Source of the DNA: an uncultured Candidatus Poseidoniales archaeon
GTDB taxonomy: Archaea > Thermoplasmatota > Poseidoniia > Poseidoniales > Thalassarchaeaceae
Length of the DNA stretch: 64,000 bases
Direction of reading: 5' to 3'
NCBI GenBank assembly: GCA_902625325.1
Contig: CACOAW010000001.1
Coordinates: 66,537-130,536 of the forward strand
Numbering within the stretch: position 1 is the stretch's first letter; every line of letters begins with the position of its first letter. A program made the position numbers and the translations under genes. Under the pieces are notes generated by a model that ran no database searches, was not told the DNA's origin, and was given only the letters and a program-made list of their open reading frames with translations. This document shows, in pieces, positions 57,558 through 64,000 of this stretch.

Positions 57558-58145
57558 TTATGCGCTCTCCACTATTAGCCTGAATGCCACTGATTGTCCT
57601 GCAGATCTGCTGTATCGAACGACCTTGACGACTCTATTTGCCAGCCATCCCGCAGGAAGCTCATCGTTCTCAGATTCTTCGACTTCCTTGATAACCTGGA
57701 TTGCAGGATCGGTAATCAGTATCTTTGGAAGTAGTTCCTTTGCGAGCCTGTCCTTTCCGAAGGCATCATCCGTTTTGAGCCCCCATGGCTCTAGGATTTG
57801 TGCTTCATCCTCGATAGGGACTAGTTCATGATGAGGCACGAGCACATGGTTAAGCACATTGAATCTGTAGTCCCCAGTAGGGATGTCTTCATCCAAAAGC
57901 GCTTTGCGGGAAATAGTGATTCTGTTGCTCTTACTTCTCTTACGAGAGCCTACGTGTTCACTAATCACGCCCATTATATGCTCGAGTTCAGAGACCCCGT
58001 CATCGAGGCCTACCTTTTTCGCAACCTGCTCCCTGGACATTCTCTTGATTGTATCCAGGTTTGCGTCGTCCGCCAACTTGTGTGCGTGATCTTCTGGAAT
58101 CCCCAGCTCTATCAGTCTCTTTTTTGTTGAGCTCTTTACTGCCAT
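57558..58145 (-). CDS. rpoH: DNA-directed RNA polymerase subunit H with ~95-aa N-terminal extension
   Basis: The C-terminal ~100 aa carry the RpoH/Rpb5 core (FNVLNHVLVPHHELVP...LPKILITDPAIQ...VVKVVRYSRSAGQSVAFRLIV). It sits in the canonical position upstream of rpoB. The N-terminus is MAVKSSTKKRLIELGIPEDHAHKLADD.... Confidence 0.85.
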   Translation of the reverse strand: MAVKSSTKKRLIELGIPEDHAHKLADDANLDTIKRMSREQVAKKVGLDDGVSELEHIMGVISEHVGSRKRSKSNRITISRKALLDEDIPTGDYRFNVLNHVLVPHHELVPIEDEAQILEPWGLKTDDAFGKDRLAKELLPKILITDPAIQVIKEVEESENDELPAGWLANRVVKVVRYSRSAGQSVAFRLIVESA

Positions 58146-58191
58146 GACTCTTCCCCCGCCCTGAAAAGCGAGGGCCTGAGGAGCTGTCGGG

Positions 58192-58265
58192 CGGGCCTGA
58201 GGGGATTCGAACCCCCGGCCACCGGGTTAAAAGCCCGGCGCTCTACCTGACTAAGCTACAGGCCC
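58192..58265 (-). tRNA. tRNA-Lys (anticodon UUU), CCA not encoded
   Basis: The reverse complement folds by hand. Acceptor GGGCCTG/CAGGCCC; D arm GCTT/GAGC; anticodon stem CCGGG/CCCGG; loop CTTTTAA; T arm GGGGG-TTCGAAT-CCCCT; discriminator G. Confidence 0.9.
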
Positions 58266-58435
58266 ATGGCTGATGCTGGGCTATCCTCGGACCCAAGGGG
58301 TCTTCAAAAGGCTTACGCATAACAAAGCTCTCGCAAATCGGCGGGGCACCTGAGAAGAGCCGCCTCGAATGCTATTTATTTCGCTCACGGCATAAAGTTT
58401 GTTGAAGTCGAGAATATCCGGTAGACACAACAATT

Positions 58436-59806
58436 TTGTCTTTAGGCGAGTTGAAGAAAATGATGACCAAGACCAAAGTCTCATTGGAAGGAATTGGGGA
58501 GTTGGTGGTAGTCTCACCTCAGACTGTCTACCCGCCAAGAGAGGATTCGTTATTACTATGCAGAGTCATTTCACAATTTACCCCCATTCCAGGAGTGAGG
58601 GCACTAGAAATTGGATGCGGATCAGGAATAGTTACTATGGTCTTAGCGACTCTTGGTTGGGAAGTTTCGGCTTGTGACTTGAATCCATATGCTGTATCGG
58701 CAACAAGGGGCAATATGGAGAGCAACGGGATTCTAGGTAGTCACAGAATAGTCGAATCCGGTGTTGGAGAAGATTTGGTAATTCCAAGTGGAACAGGATT
58801 AGTGGTATGGAATCTACCTTACCTTGAATGTGGAGATGAGGACCATCAATTCGAGAAAATAGAGGAAATTGCATGGTCTGATATTCCAGAGAAGGGTTGG
58901 GGTGGAGAGCTTCTAAACTTCTTAGATTCTCAACACAATGTGGATGAGTTGGTGGCATTGATAGTAATGAAGACAGAGCCCGAGGGGAAAAGTAAGGTCG
59001 TTGACTGGGAACAAAGAGGGTGGACATCTCGGACACTTGGTTCGGAGAGATTTGGGGAAGAGAAGATTGAGGTTGTGGCCTTTTGGAAGACCGGATCAGG
59101 ACAGACTCCAACTATCATTGATACTTGCACTTCGACAATGGAAGAAGTGATGGAAATATCGAATGGAGATTGGGTAAGAGTCATGGCAAAGACTCAGACG
59201 AATGGGAGGGGGAGGAAGAATTCCCAATGGATCTCAGAGGAGGGCGGAGTTTTCGCCACGTGGAAATTAGGATCGGGCCTGATTGACGAGTTCTCCCCTG
59301 GAATTATCCAAACTAGTGTTGGAGCTGTGGTTTCCACGGTTCTGAAAGCAGAAATGAAGTGGCCGAACGATATCCTCAACAGAAAAGGAGAGAAGATGGG
59401 AGGGGTCCTTGTTGAGTCTTCGAGTGACGAAGATAGCGGAATTAGAATAGGGATTGGGGTAAACCGATTTGGTTTTTCCAGAGAAGGGAAAATCCGGGGT
59501 TGCGGTTGGGAAGAGACCCTCGGTGACGTGGATGCGAAGGAGGTATTCAAAAAAATAGATAGGGGGATTTCTTCTATCTTTGAAAATACTGGTATCTTGC
59601 CCCTCCCTTGCAAGAATAGTCTGGTCATCCAATCTTGGATGGCTCTATCGAAATCCCTGTCCAGAGGTGTTGCTGTAAGATTGGACAATGAATTAGTTAG
59701 GCCTTCAGGATTGAACGAGTTAGGTAAGTTGCGGGTTTCTGGAGGGTCCATTGGAAGTGTAGATATTGGGGATCTAGACGTAATTGAGTGGTTAGGCTAC
59801 AGGTAG
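58436..59806 (+). CDS. fusion protein: N-terminal HemK/Mtq2-like SAM methyltransferase plus C-terminal biotin--protein ligase (BirA catalytic domain)
   Basis: N-terminal half: VYPPREDSLLL, LEIGCGSGIVTMVLA, VVWNLPYL (NPPY-like). C-terminal half: AKTQTNGRGRKNSQWISEEGGVFATW (the GRGRxxxxW biotin-ligase motif), KWPNDIL and GIGVN. The start is either TTG 58436 or ATG about 58460. Confidence 0.7.
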   Translation: MSLGELKKMMTKTKVSLEGIGELVVVSPQTVYPPREDSLLLCRVISQFTPIPGVRALEIGCGSGIVTMVLATLGWEVSACDLNPYAVSATRGNMESNGILGSHRIVESGVGEDLVIPSGTGLVVWNLPYLECGDEDHQFEKIEEIAWSDIPEKGWGGELLNFLDSQHNVDELVALIVMKTEPEGKSKVVDWEQRGWTSRTLGSERFGEEKIEVVAFWKTGSGQTPTIIDTCTSTMEEVMEISNGDWVRVMAKTQTNGRGRKNSQWISEEGGVFATWKLGSGLIDEFSPGIIQTSVGAVVSTVLKAEMKWPNDILNRKGEKMGGVLVESSSDEDSGIRIGIGVNRFGFSREGKIRGCGWEETLGDVDAKEVFKKIDRGISSIFENTGILPLPCKNSLVIQSWMALSKSLSRGVAVRLDNELVRPSGLNELGKLRVSGGSIGSVDIGDLDVIEWLGYR

Positions 59807-60090
59807 GACTTTACACGTTCCCTTACCAATCTAATCTTTCCGGAACTAGTAATAGTTTCAAATCCTGAAATCTTGTTCAGTCTTGCTGTAGCCAGTTGAT
59901 ATTCGGGGAGTGTTATTTTGATTATGGCATATGTTCTTTTCGACTGTTTCTCTGAGTCGTATAGTTTCCAGTCTAGCCCATCTAGGCTTTCTCCCAAGAG
60001 TTTCTTCAGACTATCTCTTTGAATCGATTTATTGACTTGCATGGCAATCCACCTGTGTTTACCCCTCGCTGCCTTATTTGGCCTCGGCAT
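59797..60090 (-). CDS. RNase P protein component Pop5 (Rnp2)-like
   Basis: 97 aa. KHRWIAMQVNKSI... (RYI-type N-terminal strand) and a C-terminal TITSSGKIRLVRERV resemble archaeal Pop5. Confidence 0.5.
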   Translation of the reverse strand: MPRPNKAARGKHRWIAMQVNKSIQRDSLKKLLGESLDGLDWKLYDSEKQSKRTYAIIKITLPEYQLATARLNKISGFETITSSGKIRLVRERVKSYL

Positions 60091-60139
60091 GGTACCCGGA
60101 AGGGGTTTACCTTAACCAATAGTAGGTTCGCGCGGATGT

Positions 60140-61354
60140 GTGAACAACGGTACTCCTGAAGATCTTCAAAAGTCCGAAAGCGCGTTTTACATATTCTCTG
60201 ACCCGTCAACTTTCCCGCACATCGTCTTACTCGTGATATTCTCAGGCTCTTTGTATGGTGCAATGAGTATGGATGTTTTAGGGTCAGAAAGCCAAGGCGC
60301 GGCAATATTTGTCTCCTTATCACTATCGTACATGGTCGCGGCATTGATTCGTCCCAGCAGACTAGGAAGATTCCTACTAACAGTTGAAAGCAATGGCGAA
60401 GGAATACTAAAGAGCAAATACCTAATCAAAGGCCTGATCAAGACTCTACCTGTTATTGCCCTAGCGAGCTTGATCTGGTACTTCTTTAACGCAAGTTTAG
60501 ATAATGAAAATTTGAACGATATAAAATTGATTCTAGCAATGATGTTCATTGCAATGTCGTTATTTCAGGGACTTACTCTGACAACAGGCTGGATTGAGTA
60601 CGGGAAGAAAATCAGAGGCCCGCCCAGAGATAGTAGAACTGGATTAACCCTAACGATATTGAGAATAGTAATTTCCTTACTTTTACTAGCGCCTCTGGTT
60701 TGGTGGTTTGGATATGGAGCAGTTAATCCCTTGAATGCGAATTTCTCGACCAACTTGGTATGGCTCATTTTTATGATCACTGTTGTATTTCTGGGAGTAT
60801 TGATGGAGCGTTATACCAAATCGTCCAGAGAGGGGGCGGAAGTAGATGGGGTAGCTCATGACAGGGTTTATTTTCTAATTTTCATCACTTCCTGCTGGCA
60901 CCTTCTAAGTTCATGGAGAAGGGCCCCGTTCACCGTAGATCAGTCCTCTGTCGGCCTCTTTTTTGAAGAGGTCATTCTGATGTCAATTACCATCGTTTTG
61001 GCGGTTTGGTCATTGTCAAAGAAAGGTCATAAGAGAGGTTGGAGGATATTCCAAGGGCAATCAGCAATTTTCTGGGGGGTTTGTTTTGGATTTGCATATT
61101 GCGGTAGTGTATCCTCCTTGACCGTGCTTTCTGAGGGCAGCCTAATGACAACAACTGCTATTGGGCATGCTATAACTGCGGTTGTGATGTTAGCGATTTC
61201 TCCAATCGCGCTCTCTCGTTTAGGTCTATCCGAGGAATTGGAAGAACGCTTTGAAGCTCCTGACCATTCACTGCCTCCTGAGGAAGAGCCCCATTTCCAA
61301 CCTGCTAGAGTTGTGGAGTCTGGTGATGATGATATTGTTGAGATCGTTGACTAG
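60140..61354 (+). CDS. hypothetical polytopic membrane protein
   Basis: 404 aa with about 10 hydrophobic segments and an acidic C-terminal tail (EEPHFQPARVVESGDDDIVEIVD). Confidence 0.5.
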   Translation: MNNGTPEDLQKSESAFYIFSDPSTFPHIVLLVIFSGSLYGAMSMDVLGSESQGAAIFVSLSLSYMVAALIRPSRLGRFLLTVESNGEGILKSKYLIKGLIKTLPVIALASLIWYFFNASLDNENLNDIKLILAMMFIAMSLFQGLTLTTGWIEYGKKIRGPPRDSRTGLTLTILRIVISLLLLAPLVWWFGYGAVNPLNANFSTNLVWLIFMITVVFLGVLMERYTKSSREGAEVDGVAHDRVYFLIFITSCWHLLSSWRRAPFTVDQSSVGLFFEEVILMSITIVLAVWSLSKKGHKRGWRIFQGQSAIFWGVCFGFAYCGSVSSLTVLSEGSLMTTTAIGHAITAVVMLAISPIALSRLGLSEELEERFEAPDHSLPPEEEPHFQPARVVESGDDDIVEIVD

Positions 61355-62256
61355 AGGCCGCTTACAACGGCTACAAGCCGTAACCTCCCAACTAAATCAT
61401 CGCTTGCTCTGGCCCCCAGAATAACCTGGCAATCCTCATCGAGGGTTGAAACAAACGCCTCTGAAACCATGTTCAGGTGACCAAGCGTCATGTCTGGCCC
61501 CCCCTCCACTTGTATCATACATCCTTTGGCTCCGTCGATCGTTATTTCTGATAGGGGCGAGTCTCTTGCCATCCTAACTACCTCATCTGGATCTGAAGTA
61601 GTCCCATTACCGACTATCAAGGTCGCATTACCTGGCCTACCAACTATTGTTCGAAGGTCCATTAGATCGAGATTCATCTTTCCGACCTTGGCTAGAGTTG
61701 TTACCAGGCCTTCGATTAATTCCCCTATCCATTCGGACCCCGTCTTCCAGTCAGATTCACGATGCCTGGCCTGCCAGGCAAGTCTCTCAAGGCTGACTCG
61801 AATGCATAGGTCTGAGTTCCTCTCTATCGCGGGAATAGCCCTGTCAGCAATAGCGGAACGTAGGGGTTGTTCGGCAAAGGGCATCCCGACTATACTGATT
61901 ACGAGGCTTCCTGACTCCGCGGATCGAGCAGCAATTTCTGCTGCCGCACCGGAACCGGTTCCACCTCCTAAAGCGGCAAGTACAATTACGAGTTCCGAGT
62001 TTTTCAGCAAGCCTTGGATGTTGGCTACTCCCTCGTTGAGCCGATGTGCAGCCAAATTTGGTAGTGCTGCTGTTCCTTTTCCACTTCCTGATGCATCCAA
62101 ATGAAGGCAGTGGGCTTCGAATCCGGAAGAGAAAGAAGACTCATCGGCGTCAATGAGTAATAGCTCAGAGAGTTCTTGACACCTCCCATGTGCACGTGAG
62201 GACCACTTGCAACCTATTCCACCAACGCCAACAATTAGTATGGAGCCCGGGTCCAT
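61351..62256 (-). CDS. divergent FtsZ/tubulin-superfamily GTPase (short, no C-terminal tail)
   Basis: ILIVGVGGIGCKW (degenerate G1/T1), the tubulin signature AALGGGTGSGAAAEIA (T4), a T7-like MNLDLMDLRTIV, and a C-terminal domain ...GCMIQVEGGPDMTL.... 301 aa. Confidence 0.65.
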   Translation of the reverse strand: MDPGSILIVGVGGIGCKWSSRAHGRCQELSELLLIDADESSFSSGFEAHCLHLDASGSGKGTAALPNLAAHRLNEGVANIQGLLKNSELVIVLAALGGGTGSGAAAEIAARSAESGSLVISIVGMPFAEQPLRSAIADRAIPAIERNSDLCIRVSLERLAWQARHRESDWKTGSEWIGELIEGLVTTLAKVGKMNLDLMDLRTIVGRPGNATLIVGNGTTSDPDEVVRMARDSPLSEITIDGAKGCMIQVEGGPDMTLGHLNMVSEAFVSTLDEDCQVILGARASDDLVGRLRLVAVVSGL

Positions 62257-62290
62257 GGATTTGGAACCTAGGTAGCCAGTTTATATTGTT

Positions 62291-62728
62291 CTAATCGTAA
62301 TCCAAGTATCTTCGATATCTTCTTCTTTCATCCCTTGCCCAAACATTTTCTGGTTCCAGCAACAGTACCTTGTCGTAGTACTCAATAGCGATCTCGAAAT
62401 CTGAGAGATGCCTGCCATTGAGGTGCCCGAGTACATTTAAGGCAGGGACGCAGTTTGAATCAGACTTAATCATTGAAAGAAGAATCTCCTCCGCTTCGCT
62501 AATTTCCATGGATTCCATCTTATCCTCTGCCTCCTCAAGTTGGGTGATTTGTTCGGGGCTGAGTGAATAGGTATTCTTCCACCCAGGGTTTGCCATGTTA
62601 CTGGATATTATGGTATGTCTTTCAATTTTTTGAAAAACGATATTACTGAGCGGCCCCGAAGGGGCCGTAGTGTAAGGTTCATATCCCCCTTTTTTCTGGT
62701 CAATATCAACAGATGCCTGGGGGGGCAA
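62291..62728 (-). CDS. small TPR-like protein
   Basis: AEEILLSMIKSDSNCVPALNVLGHLN...FEIAIEYYDKVLLLEPENVWARDERRRY. The probable start is the internal MANPGWKN. It lies 34 nt upstream of the FtsZ-like gene on the same strand. Confidence 0.45.
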   Translation of the reverse strand: MPPQASVDIDQKKGGYEPYTTAPSGPLSNIVFQKIERHTIISSNMANPGWKNTYSLSPEQITQLEEAEDKMESMEISEAEEILLSMIKSDSNCVPALNVLGHLNGRHLSDFEIAIEYYDKVLLLEPENVWARDERRRYRRYLDYD

Positions 62729-63534
62729 AAATGGCTACACAACGCAAGGTATTGAGTATCATAATGGTCTCTCTATTTGTGGCTGGGTCTGGTGAAGCTC
62801 TGCATAGTGGAGTGGGCGGGAATGCGAACGGACAGGGTGAAGTTTCAATTGCCGGGTGCACTTGTCATGCCGAAGAACCTGACAATTCAGTTACCGTTAT
62901 CATTGATGGGGTGCCATTCCACTATGCACCGGACAGTTCCTATGAGATGAAGTTGCAACTAATCGGAGGTCCTGAGGCAAATCTCGATTCACATACAGCC
63001 GGATTTGCTATGACTGTTACCCAAGGGTCACTCAGTGCCTCGGAAGGATTCGAGTCAATGGTTCAGAATTGGGAAGGAGATCCAGCCACCCTAACACACA
63101 CCGATGCGGGGTCGAGGACTTCTGATAGATCGTGGATGTTTGTTTGGACAAGTCCGTCCGAAGGGTCTGGTTCTGTGGTTTTCAATATTGCAGGGAACTC
63201 TGTAAATGGAGATTTGGCCCCATCCAGTCTAGACCGCTGGAATCGCCTCACAACCAGTATTGACGAAGGTGAGGACAATGGGAGAACGAAGACTGTATTC
63301 TCGGGTAATGGAGACATTAATCCCCCAGCCCCCATTGAGAGTAAGAAAGATATCCATAAAATGGGGGCAAAGCTCCTAGCCCACTGGCTGGGACTCCTTG
63401 GCTTTGGGGCAGTAATACTTGTGATTTTCTTCTGCGGTCTATTCCTCAGATATGGCTTCTCTAGGAATTACAAAGGAAGAAGCAACCTACTAAAGCTTAG
63501 GATAAAGCATCTGAGAAGAGGTGATCAACTGTGA
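62713..63534 (+). CDS. hypothetical secreted protein with C-terminal TM anchor
   Basis: Signal peptide VLSIIMVSLFVAGSGEA, a beta-rich ectodomain, and a C-terminal LLAHWLGLLGFGAVILVIFFCGLFL plus a basic tail. Confidence 0.5.
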   Translation: MPGGAKMATQRKVLSIIMVSLFVAGSGEALHSGVGGNANGQGEVSIAGCTCHAEEPDNSVTVIIDGVPFHYAPDSSYEMKLQLIGGPEANLDSHTAGFAMTVTQGSLSASEGFESMVQNWEGDPATLTHTDAGSRTSDRSWMFVWTSPSEGSGSVVFNIAGNSVNGDLAPSSLDRWNRLTTSIDEGEDNGRTKTVFSGNGDINPPAPIESKKDIHKMGAKLLAHWLGLLGFGAVILVIFFCGLFLRYGFSRNYKGRSNLLKLRIKHLRRGDQL

Positions 63535-63980
63535 AAGATGATGTAGTGATGAGACTGTTGCGAGAGGTAAAGGCCGGAAAGGTCAGTGTCGAAGACGCTA
63601 GGGTGGCACTTGAAGACGCTGCGTTGACAGAAGAGGCATTCGATGCTGCAGTGAATCACGGAGTATTCAACGAAGTCAAACCTGGGACTATTGTGAGGGC
63701 TAGTCTGGCACCCTCCGGAGAATCTTGGCTAATCATAATGGTGGGCCTCTGGGGCATTCTTTGGACTCTCTACTGGGCTGGCGCATTGGCATATGGCTTG
63801 TATCAACAGTGGGATCAACAATTGCTAGCATTTAACCTGGCAATGACACTATTGACGCTAATAATCATGGGAATTGTGTACCTAAAATATGTCCTTCCAG
63901 ATGTAGTGATAGTCAAGCACAGGAGAAACAAGTACATCACAAGTCACGATACAAACACCTGGAAAAAGTATGAGGTCTGA
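63531..63980 (+). CDS. hypothetical membrane protein (2 TM)
   Basis: 4-nt overlap with the preceding gene. Soluble N-terminal VVMRLLREVKAGKVSVEDARVALED, then WLIIMVGLWGILWTLYWAGALAYGL and LAMTLLTLIIMGIVYL. Confidence 0.45.
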   Translation: MKDDVVMRLLREVKAGKVSVEDARVALEDAALTEEAFDAAVNHGVFNEVKPGTIVRASLAPSGESWLIIMVGLWGILWTLYWAGALAYGLYQQWDQQLLAFNLAMTLLTLIIMGIVYLKYVLPDVVIVKHRRNKYITSHDTNTWKKYEV

Positions 63981-64000
63981 AAATGGCAAGGAAATTCAAA

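Noticed and set aside
59194-59751. 185-aa minus-strand ORF (and the 121-aa ORF at 59267-59632) opposite the BirA domain.
   Set aside because: It is antisense to a frame containing clear biotin-ligase motifs, and its Pro/Ser/Phe-rich content is low in information.
61490-62104. 204-aa plus-strand ORF opposite the FtsZ-like gene.
   Set aside because: Its Ala/Ser/Pro/Arg-rich sequence has no motifs, whereas the minus-strand frame carries GGGTGSG and T7-loop signatures.
62857-62868. Possible c-type heme-binding site in the secreted protein (AGCTCHA).
   Set aside because: The motif is C-x-C-H, not the canonical C-x-x-C-H, so a cytochrome c assignment is not supported.
1-64000. CRISPR arrays, IS elements or transposases, toxin-antitoxin pairs, restriction-modification genes or known defence genes.
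   Set aside because: I saw no regularly spaced direct repeats, no DDE/HUH/serine- or tyrosine-recombinase motifs, and no recognisable defence-gene signatures in any of the listed ORFs.

Overview
Archaeal chromosomal window, densely coding on both strands with many 1-30 nt gene overlaps. The archaeal call rests on eukaryote-type ribosomal proteins (eS19, eL39, eL31, eS17, eS1/S3Ae, eL30), PAN, Kae1, MBF1, Tsr3, Pop5 and an rpoH-rpoB-rpoA1-rpoA2 operon with unsplit rpoB. Unsplit rpoB, folate-dependent enzymes (FtcD, YgfZ, FolE), a histidine-utilisation pathway and an HAE3-type exporter suggest a heterotrophic Thermoplasmatota-like (marine group II/III-like) archaeon; this is inference only.

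Main blocks:
- 1-2592: a 3'-truncated RND/MMPL exporter that is missing from the ORF track.
- 2.7-15 kb: valS, a serA-like dehydrogenase, sod, ygfZ-iscA, fdhD plus a YdeP-like molybdoenzyme, a TPR protein and an FMN reductase.
- 16.7-17.8 kb: a ribosomal protein cluster, including an unlisted 51-aa eL39.
- 18.6-21.5 kb: an overlapping folE-queE-queC-msrB-queD (preQ0/archaeosine) operon.
- 22-25.9 kb: mce-mcm-kae1.
- 25.9-33.8 kb: a hut/FtcD histidine degradation locus interrupted by tRNA-Val and alaX.
- 33.8-40.3 kb: PAN, MBF1, Tsr3, MazG, an MTAP-like gene, S3Ae, ferredoxin and PdxS.
- 40.3-47.9 kb: four coiled-coil (COG1340-like) paralogs flanking a DtxR-centred membrane-protein operon.
- 48.9-58.3 kb: the L30e/RNAP operon preceded by tRNA-Lys.
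- 58.4-64 kb: a methyltransferase-BirA fusion, Pop5, a divergent FtsZ/tubulin-like gene and membrane or secreted hypotheticals.

I saw no rRNA, CRISPR array, transposase, integrase or recognisable defence genes.

Most notable observations:
- A ~60-aa HhH-like module is duplicated at the N-termini of RpoH and RpoA''.
- RpoA' carries a ~130-150 aa Cys-containing insertion.
- S3Ae has a C-terminal SAP domain.
- RGG-like basic tails recur on MBF1 and on coiled-coil proteins.
- The coiled-coil/DtxR/zinc-ribbon membrane locus is uncharacterised.
- An FtsZ-like gene is paired with a small TPR gene.
- A PqqD-like gene sits in a small operon with a flavoprotein and a 57-codon membrane ORF.

All functional calls rest on motif recognition by eye. 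No database search was possible.
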